From contig NZ_JABEMC010000003.1 in the NCBI RefSeq assembly GCF_013004595.1, positions 310,001 to 374,000 on the forward strand: a stretch of 64,000 nt of DNA, given 5' to 3'. The stretch is from Brevibacterium luteolum. Lineage in GTDB: Bacteria > Actinomycetota > Actinomycetes > Actinomycetales > Brevibacteriaceae. The notes beneath the pieces are model-generated. The model was not told where the DNA came from and ran no database searches. It was given only the letters and a program-made list of their open reading frames with translations. This document shows, piece after piece, positions 28,980 to 38,764 of the stretch. Numbering within the stretch: the stretch's first letter is position 1; each line of letters begins with the position of its first letter. Position numbers and translations under genes: made by a program.

Positions 28980-30166
28980 TGCGCATCGCCCTCTTCACAG
29001 AAGTCTTCCTGCCGAAGATCGACGGAGTCGTCACCCGGCTCATGGGCACCCTCGACCACCTGGCCGATATGGGCCATGAGGTCGTCGTGTTCGCCCCAGG
29101 CCACCCACCGGCCCGCTATGCCGGGTTCCGGGTGGTGCCGGTGCGATCTGTGTCCTTCAAGCCGTGGTACCCCGAGCTGCGGGTCGGCCTGCCGACGTCG
29201 AACATCGCCAAGACGATGGAGCGCTTCCACCCGCATGTCGTCCATGCGGTCAACCCAATCTGGCTGGCCGCCTACGGCACGATGTCCTCGAAGCGGCGCG
29301 ATCTGCCGATGCTCGCGTCCTTCCATACGAATGTGCCGGAGTACACGCAGCGGCTCGGGCTCGAGTGGATCACCGACACGACCGAGCGGTGGATCACGTG
29401 GATCCACAACCTCGCCGAGGTCAACCTGTGCACCTCGCAGCCGATGATCGAGCAGGCCGCGGCGGCTGGGATCAAGAACCTCGACCTGTGGCCGCGGGCC
29501 GTCGACACGCAGACCTACCATCCGGGCAACTACTCGCAGCGGATGCGCGAGCGGCTCACCGACGGGCACCCGGAGGACCGGCTGCTCGTCTATGTCGGGC
29601 GGATGTCGAAGGAGAAGGATCTCGACGTGCTGCGCGGCGTCATCGCCCGCGCACCGAAGGGAACCCGGCTGGCGATGGTCGGCTCGGGACCGCATCTCAA
29701 GCAGCTGGAGGCTGAGTTCGCCGGCACCCCGACGCTGTTCACCGGCTACATGAGCGGTCAGGAGCTGGCCGAGGCCTACGCCTCAGCCGACGTGTTCGTC
29801 TTCCCTTCGACCACTGAGACCTTAGGGCTGGTGGCGCTGGAGTCGATGGCCTCAGGCGTGCCGGTCGTCGCTGCGCGGGCAGGCGGCATCCCGTTCGCCG
29901 TGCCCGACGGTGTCGGCGGGCTGCTGTGCGAACCCCATTCGAGTGAGGACATGTCAGCTCAGGTCAACCGTCTGCTGGCAGATGAGAGCCTGCGCTCAGC
30001 ATTGGCCGCCGGCGGGCAGGCCGAGATGGAGCAGCACAGCTGGCGGGCGGCGACCGAGAAGCTCGTCGAAAGCTACGAGCTGGCCATCGAGCGGCACTGG
30101 TCGGACTATGTGCCCCCGCGCTGGCGGATCAAGACGTTCGGCCGGCCGATGCCGCGCGCAACCTGA
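28979..30166 (+). CDS. sqdX: GT4 glycosyltransferase, SqdX/SQD2-like sulfoquinovosyltransferase
   Basis: MRIALFTEVFLPKIDGVVTRL, FVFPSTTETLGLVALESMASG; coupled to sqdB by a TGATG overlap. Confidence 0.8.
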   Translation: MRIALFTEVFLPKIDGVVTRLMGTLDHLADMGHEVVVFAPGHPPARYAGFRVVPVRSVSFKPWYPELRVGLPTSNIAKTMERFHPHVVHAVNPIWLAAYGTMSSKRRDLPMLASFHTNVPEYTQRLGLEWITDTTERWITWIHNLAEVNLCTSQPMIEQAAAAGIKNLDLWPRAVDTQTYHPGNYSQRMRERLTDGHPEDRLLVYVGRMSKEKDLDVLRGVIARAPKGTRLAMVGSGPHLKQLEAEFAGTPTLFTGYMSGQELAEAYASADVFVFPSTTETLGLVALESMASGVPVVAARAGGIPFAVPDGVGGLLCEPHSSEDMSAQVNRLLADESLRSALAAGGQAEMEQHSWRAATEKLVESYELAIERHWSDYVPPRWRIKTFGRPMPRAT

Positions 30167-30177
30167 CCGAGCCGAGG

Positions 30178-30804
30178 TCAAACCTGCTCAGCTGCGGCCT
30201 TGGCGTCGTTCCAGCTGCCGAAGTGATTGCGCACCGAGGCGCCTGACGGCCTGGCCCGGCCGGCGGCCCGTTCGTCCTTGGCCCATGCCTCATAGCGGCT
30301 GAAGCTCTCCGCTCCCCCGGCTGCGTGCGCATCAGTGAGGAAATCGCTGACCGCGCTGCGGAATGCTTCAGGAGAGTAGTGGAAGGCGCCCCGCCTGCGG
30401 CCCCCGCCCGAGGTGGGGAAGCCCAGCGAGCTCAGAGCGTCGTTCCAGAAGTTCGTGCCCAGCCGCTTGCGCACTGTCTGGCTCGTCGGCGGCCAGATCT
30501 GGTGCCCAGCCTGGCCCGCGAACTCCAGACCGCGCACCGCGCGGGCACGCGCGGCATCATAGGCGTCCTTGGAGAACGGCACCGCCGAACCTGCTGTGAG
30601 CTCGGCGCGGGTGGCAGCGATGAGTGCGAAGACGTTGAGCACATCAGCACGGGTCCTGCCCTGCTCATGCAGGACCTCTTCGAGTTCCGCGGCAGCCTCG
30701 GACTCGACCGCACCGCTGATCTCCTCTGCCGGTGTCAGGTTCTGTGACAGCGCGTAGAGATAGTGGACAGCGGCAGTGACGAGCTCACTTCGCGTAGAGG
30801 GCAC
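30178..30804 (-). CDS. Hypothetical protein with two homing-endonuclease-associated-repeat-like motifs
   Basis: PTSQTVRKRLGTNFWNDALSSLG and PSGASVRNHFGSWNDAKAAA; GTG start preceded by AAGGA. Confidence 0.6.
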   Translation of the reverse strand: MPSTRSELVTAAVHYLYALSQNLTPAEEISGAVESEAAAELEEVLHEQGRTRADVLNVFALIAATRAELTAGSAVPFSKDAYDAARARAVRGLEFAGQAGHQIWPPTSQTVRKRLGTNFWNDALSSLGFPTSGGGRRRGAFHYSPEAFRSAVSDFLTDAHAAGGAESFSRYEAWAKDERAAGRARPSGASVRNHFGSWNDAKAAAEQV

Positions 30805-30909
30805 TGATGACTTCCTTGTCTTGCCGGGAACACGGTTCGGATGGGCTGCATCCTCACCGGCGAGTATGTCACAGAATCCCGTGCAGACGGAGGCTCGGCC
30901 GACATGCAG

Positions 30910-30942
30910 AAAGCCCCGGCACCTCAATGGTTCCGGGGCTTT
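30910..30942 (-). terminator. Intrinsic terminator downstream of tRNA-Leu
   Basis: Inverted repeat AAAGCCCCGG...CCGGGGCTTT. Confidence 0.75.
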
Positions 30943-30961
30943 CAACGGCCTGAGCCGGTTG

Positions 30962-31049
30962 TGCGCGAGGGGGGACTTGAACCCCCACGCCCGATATAGT
31001 GGGCACTAGCACCTCAAGCTAGCGCGTCTACCAATTCCGCCACCCGCGC
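30962..31049 (-). tRNA. tRNA-Leu(GAG)
   Basis: GCGCGGG acceptor stem, TGGCGGAATTGGTAGACGCG D-arm, CTAGC-TTGAGGT-GCTAG anticodon arm, long variable arm, GGTTCAAGTCC T-arm; CCA not encoded. Confidence 0.96.
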
Positions 31050-31073
31050 GGGCAACAGAGAACACATTACATG

Positions 31074-31102
31074 CTCTGAACCCGATTGCAAAATCGGATT
31101 CG
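31074..31102 (-). promoter_or_regulatory. Putative sigmaA promoter of tRNA-Leu
   Basis: Minus strand TTTGCA-N17-TAATGT about 25 nt upstream of the tRNA. Confidence 0.45.
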
Positions 31103-31179
31103 CCCTCTGTGACGAACGCCGCACCAACCTGCGTGAATGCGGGCATCCACGCAGGTCAGGCGGCGTTCAGACACTCCAT

Positions 31180-32058
31180 TCACGACAGCGGCGCGATGCT
31201 TCCGAGCACGTGCGGCTTGCCGTTCTTGACGCTCCACACCGCATAGCGGCGAGCAGCGCCTTCGTGATCGTCGAAGACACCGAAGCCCACTCGCGCCGGC
31301 AGGATGACCGGCTTGGCGAACTGCGCCCCCCACACGTAGCCGCCGGCCGGGGCCTGGGCGGCCGAGAGCGCACGCGAGGCGGTGTACATGCCGTGGGCGA
31401 TCGATGCCGGGAACCCGAAGGCCTTGGCGGCCAGCGGATTCAGGTGGATCGGGTTGTAGTCCCCTGAGACCTTCGCATACGTCGGGCCGATCGAGCGCGG
31501 CAGCTTCCAGATCGAAGACGGCACTCCAGGCGCCTCGAACTCGCTGCGCGCCTCCTCGCGCTCGGCCTCGGCGCTGCTGAGGTGCTTGCCGACGGCCAGA
31601 TACGTGGCGGTCTCCTCGAAGACCGTACCACCGTCGACGTCCCCCGTGACGAGCACGTCGAACTCGGTGCCCTTGCGGTGCTTGCGTGCCTGCCCGATCC
31701 GCACCGAGGTCGTCACGGTTTCTCCGATGAGGACCGGCCGGTGCAGGCTGAACCGGTTGACGATGTGCACCAGGCCCAGCAGGGGCAGCGGGAAGCCCGG
31801 GTCGGTCATGAGCTGCATCGCCAGCGGGAAGCCGAGCTTGTGCAGGTATCCCGGATGCACCGCATCGGTCACCGGTGCCTCAACGACGCGGTGGAACGCT
31901 GCCACCTCGACGGGATCGAGCGTGGTGGTCGATTCCACCGAGCGGGTCGGCATATGAGCATAGCTGTGGGGGCGCTTCTTGAACTGGCGCAGCAGGGTCT
32001 TGCCGAGCACTGCACCGGTGTTGATGGGCTGCGGTACGCCGCGAGTGAATTTCGGCAT
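31180..32058 (-). CDS. MaoC-type double hotdog dehydratase (HtdX-like)
   Basis: YAKVSGDYNPIH, IAHGM, FPLPLLGLVH. Confidence 0.88.
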   Translation of the reverse strand: MPKFTRGVPQPINTGAVLGKTLLRQFKKRPHSYAHMPTRSVESTTTLDPVEVAAFHRVVEAPVTDAVHPGYLHKLGFPLAMQLMTDPGFPLPLLGLVHIVNRFSLHRPVLIGETVTTSVRIGQARKHRKGTEFDVLVTGDVDGGTVFEETATYLAVGKHLSSAEAEREEARSEFEAPGVPSSIWKLPRSIGPTYAKVSGDYNPIHLNPLAAKAFGFPASIAHGMYTASRALSAAQAPAGGYVWGAQFAKPVILPARVGFGVFDDHEGAARRYAVWSVKNGKPHVLGSIAPLS

Positions 32059-33434
32059 CACGCCCCCAGCAGGCTCTGGCCGCATACGCGCAGCGTCTTG
32101 CCGTTGATGCCGCCGGCGGCCGGCTGAGCGAAGAACGCGATCGCCTCGGCGACGTCGCGCGGCTTGCCACCCTGCTGCAGGCTCGACAGGCGCCGGCCGA
32201 GCTCACGCGGGACCATCGGCATCGCAGCCGTCATATCCGTTTCGATGAAGCCCGGTGCCACGGCGTTGATCGTGCCGCTGCGCGCAGCGAAGTCCTCTGC
32301 GGCAGCCGCGACCATTCCCACGACAGCGGCCTTCGAAGCCGAGTAGTTCGTCTGTCCGCGGTTGCCGGCAAGACCGGCGATCGAGGCCAGCGACACGACA
32401 CGAGGAGCCTCACCCCAGCCGTTGGCAGCGGTGATCGTCTCGTTGATGCGCAGCTGGGAGGAGATGTTGACAGCGATGGCTGAGGCCCAGCGGGATTCGT
32501 CCATGTTCGCCAGCAGCTTGTCGCGTGTGATGCCGGCGTTGTGAATGAGGATGTCGATCGGGGCACCGACGCGCTCCATGATCTGCTGGCCGGCGTCCTC
32601 GGCGGTGATGTCGAGCTGGATGGCGACACCGCCGATGCTGTTCATCGTCTGCGCCAGGGCCTGCCCGGCCTGCGGAACATCGACACCGTAGACCTGTGCC
32701 CCATCCCGGTGGAGCACACGGGCGATCTCTGCGCCGATGCCGCGGGCGGCACCGGTGACGACAGCGACTGCACCGTTGAGCGGTCCGGTCTGGCCGGTGG
32801 CGGCGAACTCCGCGGCCGAGGTGGTGGTTCCGCGGTCGCTGGAGACGGTGAGGAACTGCCCGGAGACGTAAGCGGACTTCGCCGAAAGCAGGAACCACAG
32901 GGCGGCTACAGCCGATGGAGCGGTGGCCTGCACGCCGTCGAGGACGATGCCGTTGGCGGTCGAGCCGGCGCGCATCTCGTGTGCAAGCGAGCGGGTGATG
33001 CCGGTGACGGCGTTGCGGACGGCGTTGAGCGCCGGGTCGGCATCGGTGGTGTGCGGGAAGACGACGCCGGCGTCGGCGACGGTGATGACCCGACCGCATT
33101 TCGTCAGCTGGCGCAGCGCCGAGCCGATGGCCAGGGTCGTGTCCTGCAGCTGGTCGGGGTGGGTCAGGCCGTCGTAGGCGGCGATGATCGCCTGGTAGCG
33201 CAGACCCGGGTTCGGGGTGCGGTGGACGCTGAAGCCGTTGTCGAGCAGCAGCTGGCTGAGTGCGTCGGCCCCGTTGGTCTCACCGAGCACGAGGATCGGC
33301 TCGCTGAGGTAGCCGTGGGAGCTGTCGGCCGGGTCGAAGCGGCGCAGCGGCACAGGTGCCGGCAGTCCGAGGGTCTTGACGATCTTCTTCAGCGGCCCGT
33401 TGGCCAGCGAGATGTACTTGTCGTTCATGGTCAT
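32058..33434 (-). CDS. Long 3-oxoacyl-ACP/CoA reductase (FabG4-like)
   Basis: Extra N-terminal domain plus TGAARGIG, HNAGITRD, YSASK. Confidence 0.9.
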   Translation of the reverse strand: MTMNDKYISLANGPLKKIVKTLGLPAPVPLRRFDPADSSHGYLSEPILVLGETNGADALSQLLLDNGFSVHRTPNPGLRYQAIIAAYDGLTHPDQLQDTTLAIGSALRQLTKCGRVITVADAGVVFPHTTDADPALNAVRNAVTGITRSLAHEMRAGSTANGIVLDGVQATAPSAVAALWFLLSAKSAYVSGQFLTVSSDRGTTTSAAEFAATGQTGPLNGAVAVVTGAARGIGAEIARVLHRDGAQVYGVDVPQAGQALAQTMNSIGGVAIQLDITAEDAGQQIMERVGAPIDILIHNAGITRDKLLANMDESRWASAIAVNISSQLRINETITAANGWGEAPRVVSLASIAGLAGNRGQTNYSASKAAVVGMVAAAAEDFAARSGTINAVAPGFIETDMTAAMPMVPRELGRRLSSLQQGGKPRDVAEAIAFFAQPAAGGINGKTLRVCGQSLLGA

Positions 33435-34711
33435 GCCTCCAGGATCGCGGTGAGTCCCTGACCGCCGGCAGCGCAGATCGAGATGAGTGCGCGCGTGCCG
33501 CCGGTCTCCTTCAGGTGCTTGGCTGCGGTGGCGATGATGCGCCCGCCGGTTGCGGCGAACGGGTGCCCGGCTGCCAGCGACGAGCCGTTGGGGTTGAGCT
33601 TGGTGCGGTCGATCGAGCCGAGTGCGCCGTCGAGGCCGAGGCGCTCACGGCAGAACTCCTCTGATTCCCATGCCGCCAGGTGGCACAGCACGGTCGATGC
33701 GAAGGCCTCGTGGATCTCGAAGAAGTCGAAGTCGGCAAACGTCAGGCCGTTGCGGGCCAGCAGACGCGGAACGGCGTAGGCCGGAGCCATGAGCAGTCCC
33801 TCTCCCCCGTGGACGAAGTCAACGGCGGCCGCCTCAGCGTCGCGGAAGTATGCCAGCGGCTCCAGACCGTGGGCGGCGGCGTACTCGTCGCTGCCGATGA
33901 GCACGGCAGACGCGCCGTCGGTGAGCGGAGTCGAATTGCCTGCCGTCATCGTGGCAGGCTCCGGCAGGTTGCGGCCGAAGACCGGCTTGAGCTCGGCGAG
34001 CTTCTCCATCGTCGAGTCCGGGCGCAGGTTCGTATCGACGCTCACACCCTGGTAGGAGGTGACGAGGTCGTCGAAGAATCCTCGGTCCCAGGCGGCAGCG
34101 AGGTTGCGGTGCGACTCCACAGCCAGTGCGTCCTGGTCTTCGCGGCTGATGCCCCAGACTGCGGTGCTGATGGCCTGGTGATCGCCCATCGACATGCCGG
34201 TGCGGGCCTCGCCGGTGCTCGGCGCCTGCGGAGCCAGGTGCTGCGGCCGCAGCCGAGCCAGAGTCTTGAGGCGCTGACCGTTCGACTTCGCGCGCGAGAG
34301 GTCCAGCAGGATCGAACGCAGCTCTTCGGTCACGACGATCGGGGCATCGGATGCGGAGTCGACACCGCAGGCGATGCCGGATTCGATCTGGCCGTGCATG
34401 ACCTTGTGGCTGATCGATACGACAGTCTCCAGGCCGGTGGCGCAGGCCTGTCCGATGTCGAAAGCCGGGGTGTGGGGGTCGAGTGCGGAGCCGAGGACCG
34501 CCTCGCGGGTGAGGTTGATGTCCTTGCTGTGTTTGAGCACGGCGCCGCCTGCGACCTCGCCGAGGAGTTCGCCGGCCATGCCGTAGCGGGCGACGAGACC
34601 GTCGAGTGCGCTGGTGAGCATGTCCTGGTTCGAGGCGTGGGCGTACTGCTTGTTGCTGCGGGCGAACGGGATGCGGTTGCCTCCCAGGACTGCGGCTCTG
34701 CGCTGCGTCAT
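33431..34711 (-). CDS. Acetyl-CoA C-acetyltransferase (thiolase, FadA2-like)
   Basis: GGNRIPFARS, QACATG, HEAFA, GHPFAATG, ICAAGGQG. Confidence 0.93.
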   Translation of the reverse strand: MTQRRAAVLGGNRIPFARSNKQYAHASNQDMLTSALDGLVARYGMAGELLGEVAGGAVLKHSKDINLTREAVLGSALDPHTPAFDIGQACATGLETVVSISHKVMHGQIESGIACGVDSASDAPIVVTEELRSILLDLSRAKSNGQRLKTLARLRPQHLAPQAPSTGEARTGMSMGDHQAISTAVWGISREDQDALAVESHRNLAAAWDRGFFDDLVTSYQGVSVDTNLRPDSTMEKLAELKPVFGRNLPEPATMTAGNSTPLTDGASAVLIGSDEYAAAHGLEPLAYFRDAEAAAVDFVHGGEGLLMAPAYAVPRLLARNGLTFADFDFFEIHEAFASTVLCHLAAWESEEFCRERLGLDGALGSIDRTKLNPNGSSLAAGHPFAATGGRIIATAAKHLKETGGTRALISICAAGGQGLTAILEA

Positions 34712-34762
34712 GTGATTCCTCCGGGGGTCGTAGTTGTCAGGTCGATGCGAGCGCACCGTGAA

Positions 34763-34790
34763 TACCTGTTACTGACAGTACCTGATACTG
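34763..34790. promoter_or_regulatory. Candidate TetR operator between the divergent thiolase and tetR genes
   Basis: Palindrome TACTG-A-CAGTA (34770-34780) with TACCTG direct repeats, next to a TACTGT -10 element. Confidence 0.55.
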
Positions 34791-34798
34791 TTCGTCAT

Positions 34799-35479
34799 AT
34801 GAAACCCGTCACTCAGGATGGCCGAAGCGCACGCTGGGACGCCCACCGCCGCGAGCGTCGCAAGATGCTCCTGCGCACTGTGCGCCATGCCGTGACCGAC
34901 CACGGACCCGAGATCTCCATGGAGCAGCTTTCGGTGCAGGCGCAGACGACGAAGACGGTGCTGTACCGGTACTTCGGCGACCGGGGCGGGTTGCAGCGCG
35001 CCATGGGCGAATGGGCGATGAAAGTCATCACACGCTCGCTTGACCGGGCTGACTACAGCCCGCACACCCCGCGCGAGTCGCTGCGCGCGATGATCTCAGC
35101 GTTCGTCGACCTCGCCGCGCGCGCCCCGAATGTCTACCGGTTCTGCGACGCCGCGGTGACCAGCACCGCAGATCCGAAGGCCGACAACGACTACGACACC
35201 TTCTTCCAGGGCATCACCGCGCTGCTGTGCCGCAGGCTCCAGCTCTCCGGCGATGCCGAAGTGCAGTGGGCCTACGGGGCCATCGGATTCGTCCGCGCCA
35301 GCACCGAGCGCTGGCTGCTGCGGCCGACTGACCAGGAGGCATTCGTCGACCAGCTGACCACCTGGCTGTGGAGCTCCCGCAGCACTGCCCTGACCGGCAT
35401 CGCCGAGCGATCCCAGACCACCTCGGGCGCGTCCGCCCGCACGACTCCACCCGCACCGAATTCCGAGACCAAGGAGTGA
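34799..35479 (+). CDS. TetR/AcrR family transcriptional regulator
   Basis: DGRSARWDAHRRERR, HTH SMEQLS...TKTVLYRYFGDR. Confidence 0.9.
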   Translation: MKPVTQDGRSARWDAHRRERRKMLLRTVRHAVTDHGPEISMEQLSVQAQTTKTVLYRYFGDRGGLQRAMGEWAMKVITRSLDRADYSPHTPRESLRAMISAFVDLAARAPNVYRFCDAAVTSTADPKADNDYDTFFQGITALLCRRLQLSGDAEVQWAYGAIGFVRASTERWLLRPTDQEAFVDQLTTWLWSSRSTALTGIAERSQTTSGASARTTPPAPNSETKE

Positions 35480-35481
35480 CC

Positions 35482-37551
35482 ATGAGCAAGAAGCACCAGC
35501 TGTCCATCGATCCCGCCCGCATCGGCGCCGTCCTCGACGGGCGGTGGGCCGAGCAGCGCTACATCGGCCGCAGCTTCATCGACAGCGAACACGCCGTGCT
35601 CAGCGAGACCGGTGACCTCGAGCAGCTGCGCGAGGAGACCCTCGCCGGAGTCAAGGCGCTCATCGACACCGGCATCTCCGGTCTGCCGCTGCCCGAATCC
35701 GAAGGCGGTCAGAACAACCACGCAGGCTACGTCGCCGCGTTCGAGGAGCTCGTGACCGCAGAGCCGAGCATCCAGATCAAGGCTGGTGTGCAGTTCGGGC
35801 TCTTCGCCGGGGCGATCCAGCATCTGGGCAATGCCGAACAGCATGACAAGTGGCTCAAGCCCGCCGTCCGCGGCGAGCTGCTCGGCGCCTTCGCGATGAC
35901 CGAGATCGGCCACGGCTCCGACGTCGCCTCGATCGGCACCACGGCCACCTACGATCCATCCGATGAGACCTTCGTCATCAACACCCCCTTCCGGGCAGCG
36001 ACGAAGGAATACCTCGGCAATGCCGCCGTCCACGGTGAGGCCGCCGTCGTGTTCGCCCAGCTCATCACCAACGGCGTCAACCACGGCGTGCACTGCTTCT
36101 TCGTCCCGATCCGCGACGGCGCTGCGGGTGAGCCGCTGCCCGGCGTCACCCCGGAGGACGACGGCCGCAAGGGCGGACTGCTCGGCATCGACAACGGCCG
36201 CCTGTCCTTCGACAACGTGCGCGTGCCGCGCACCAACCTGCTCAACCGCTACGGCGACGTCGCAGCCGACGGCACCTACTCCTCGGACATCGAATCCCCG
36301 GGCCGGCGCTTCTTCACGATGCTCGGCACCCTCGTCCAGGGCCGTGTCTCACTCGACGGCTCCGGTGTCACTGCAGCGAAGCTCGCTCTCGACATCGCCA
36401 TGCGCTACGGGCTTCAGCGCCGCCAGTTCACCGGTGGGGACGACGCCGTCGAGGAGGTGCTGATGGACTACCAGCAGCACCAGCGCCGCCTCATGCCCCT
36501 GGTCGCCCGCGTGTTCGCCAATGCGGTGGCCCACGATCAGCTGCTGGAGTCCTTCCAGCTGGTATTCGGCGGCGAGGACGACTCCGATGAGGCCCGCCAG
36601 CGACTCGAGACCCAGGCCGCCGGTTTCAAGGCGATCACCACCTGGGATGCGCTGTGCACGATCCAGGAATGCCGTGAGGCCTGCGGCGGCGCCGGCTACA
36701 TGTGGGAGAACCGACTCGTCGGCCTCTACGGCGACCTCGACGTCTACGTCACGTTCGAAGGCGACAACACCGTCCTGCTGCAGCTGGTCGCCAAGCGCCT
36801 GCTGAGCGACTACGCCGCCGAACTCAAGGACATCGACCTCGGCGGTGTTGCCCGCTACATCGGCACCCAGGCCGCCGAGCACTCGCTGTACCGCTCCGGT
36901 CTGGCCAACGTCGGGCGCACCATCGGCGACATCTTCACTCCGGCGCTGAATAACAAGCGGGTGCGCTCAGGCCATGTGCAGCAGGCGATGCTGCACAATC
37001 GCGTCGAGGTCATGGTCGCCGACCTCGCCGGCACCCTGCGCCCGGCCGCCTCGATGCCCCCGGCGAAGGCCGCCGAGGTGTTCAACAGTGTGCAGCATCA
37101 GCTCATCGAGGCCGCTCGTGCCTACATCGAGGCGCTCAAGTGGGAGGCTCTCAACGATGCGATGCACGAGGTGCAGAAGCGCTCCGGTCATGAGGAGGAG
37201 GCCAAGCTGCTACGCCGCATCCGCGACCTCTACGGCCTGAGCCTCATCGAGGACAACATCGGCTGGCACATCATGTACGGCCGCCTGTCGATGTCGCGGG
37301 CCCGCCAGATCGGGCCGACCATCGACAGCCTGTGTGCGAAGCTGGCTGCCAACGCCGGTGATATCTGCGAGTCCTTCGGATACGGGCCCAAGCACCGCAG
37401 GGCCACGATCGCCGAGGGCATCGAGGCGAAGCGTCAGCAGGAGGCGATGGACTACTACCGCAATGCCCGCGCCCAGCGCGACTTCCCGGTCGATGAGCGG
37501 CACCTGTACAAGCAGCGCAAGGCCAAGGAGAAGAAGGCCAAGCGCGGTTGA
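35482..37551 (+). CDS. Acyl-CoA dehydrogenase/oxidase family protein
   Basis: FAMTEIGHGSD, GIDNG, RRQF, CREACGGAGY, TFEGDNTVL. Confidence 0.92.
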   Translation: MSKKHQLSIDPARIGAVLDGRWAEQRYIGRSFIDSEHAVLSETGDLEQLREETLAGVKALIDTGISGLPLPESEGGQNNHAGYVAAFEELVTAEPSIQIKAGVQFGLFAGAIQHLGNAEQHDKWLKPAVRGELLGAFAMTEIGHGSDVASIGTTATYDPSDETFVINTPFRAATKEYLGNAAVHGEAAVVFAQLITNGVNHGVHCFFVPIRDGAAGEPLPGVTPEDDGRKGGLLGIDNGRLSFDNVRVPRTNLLNRYGDVAADGTYSSDIESPGRRFFTMLGTLVQGRVSLDGSGVTAAKLALDIAMRYGLQRRQFTGGDDAVEEVLMDYQQHQRRLMPLVARVFANAVAHDQLLESFQLVFGGEDDSDEARQRLETQAAGFKAITTWDALCTIQECREACGGAGYMWENRLVGLYGDLDVYVTFEGDNTVLLQLVAKRLLSDYAAELKDIDLGGVARYIGTQAAEHSLYRSGLANVGRTIGDIFTPALNNKRVRSGHVQQAMLHNRVEVMVADLAGTLRPAASMPPAKAAEVFNSVQHQLIEAARAYIEALKWEALNDAMHEVQKRSGHEEEAKLLRRIRDLYGLSLIEDNIGWHIMYGRLSMSRARQIGPTIDSLCAKLAANAGDICESFGYGPKHRRATIAEGIEAKRQQEAMDYYRNARAQRDFPVDERHLYKQRKAKEKKAKRG

Positions 37552-37591
37552 TGCCAGCGGGCCCACCGCCTCGGGCCCGGTGAGAGCACCG

Positions 37592-37629
37592 GATCAGCCG
37601 GCCGCCCCGCATGGGGTGGCCGGCTGATC
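37592..37629. terminator. Long hairpin between convergent acyl-CoA dehydrogenase and metX
   Basis: GATCAGCCGGCCGCCCC-GCAT-GGGGTGGCCGGCTGATC. Confidence 0.7.
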
Positions 37630-38758
37630 ACGTGAGGAAGCGGCGCAGGTGCGGTGAGAGCTGGGCGCCTTCGGTGAGGAACCCGTCGTGACCTGCCCAC
37701 GAGTCGAGCACATGGGTCTCGACGTCGCCCGGCAGCGCGGCGGCGAGCTGGGCCACCTGGGCCGGCGGGTAGAGACGGTCGCTGGAGACGCTGATGACCT
37801 GGAACTTCGCCTGCGCTGCCGACAGCGCCTCGGCGAGGTTCGTCGAGCGGCCGCGGCGCACATCGTGATCGCGCAGCGCCTGCGTCAGTATCCGGTAGGA
37901 CTGCGCATCGAACCGGTCGACGAGCTTGGTCGCCTGGTAGTCGAGATAGCTCTGGATGGCGTAGTAGGCATCGCCTGCCGAGGCCGGCCGCGGCCGGTGG
38001 GCGAGGTCGGGCCACTGCTCCTGGCGGGTGTTGGCGAAGCGTTCGTTGAGCTCGGAGTCCGCCCGGTAGGTCAGGTGGGCGATCTGCCGGGCCAGACCGA
38101 GGCCGCGGCGCGGGAACCGGCCGATGACGGCATAGTCCCCGCCGCAGAAGTCCGGATCGAGCTCGATCGCCTGGATCTGGGTGTGGGCCCAGGCGATCTG
38201 GTCGGCATCCGAGAACGCCGGCGCGGCCAGGATCGTGGCGCGATTGACCCGCTCGGGAGCCACGAGCGCGAACTCAAGCGCCCGCGCCCCGCCCATCGAC
38301 CCGCCGATGACCGCGTGCCAGGCCGGGATGCCGAGCCGGTCGCTCAGCAGCACCTCGGCTGCGGCCATATCGCGGATCGACACGGCCGGGAACCGGGAGC
38401 CGTGCGCCAGCCCAGCGGCTGACGGGGAGGTCGGGCCCGTCGAGCCGTTGCAGCCGCCGATGGCATTGGCGCACACGACGAAGAACTCGTTCGTGTCGAT
38501 CGCCTTGCCCGGCCCGACGACGTCTTCCCACCAGCCGGGGGCGAAGGACCGCGGTGACTCAGCCGCCGCCGGGTTGGCCACTCCGGAGCTGACATGCGGA
38601 TCCCCGGTGAGCGCATGCTCGATGAGCACGGCGTTGGACTTCTCCGCGTTCAGCTGCCCATAGGTCTCATAGGCGATGTGCAGCTGCTCGAAGACGTACC
38701 CGGATTCGAGCACGACATCGTGGAACTCGGCGACGGCTGTACGGCTGGCGACCTGCAT
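37628..38758 (-). CDS. metX: Homoserine O-acetyltransferase
   Basis: HALTGD, GGCNGSTGP, GGSMGG, GHDGFL. Confidence 0.93.
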   Translation of the reverse strand: MQVASRTAVAEFHDVVLESGYVFEQLHIAYETYGQLNAEKSNAVLIEHALTGDPHVSSGVANPAAAESPRSFAPGWWEDVVGPGKAIDTNEFFVVCANAIGGCNGSTGPTSPSAAGLAHGSRFPAVSIRDMAAAEVLLSDRLGIPAWHAVIGGSMGGARALEFALVAPERVNRATILAAPAFSDADQIAWAHTQIQAIELDPDFCGGDYAVIGRFPRRGLGLARQIAHLTYRADSELNERFANTRQEQWPDLAHRPRPASAGDAYYAIQSYLDYQATKLVDRFDAQSYRILTQALRDHDVRRGRSTNLAEALSAAQAKFQVISVSSDRLYPPAQVAQLAAALPGDVETHVLDSWAGHDGFLTEGAQLSPHLRRFLT

Positions 38759-38764
38759 CGTGCA

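Noticed and set aside
30880..30905. PafBC motif upstream of the HNH-repeat gene (minus-strand TGTCGG)
   Set aside because: No TA-N3-T at the required 10-nt spacing.
27447..31049. att-site duplication of the tRNA-Leu 3' end bounding the sqd islet
   Set aside because: Only a 7-nt GCGCGAG match near 27654, expected by chance at this GC content.
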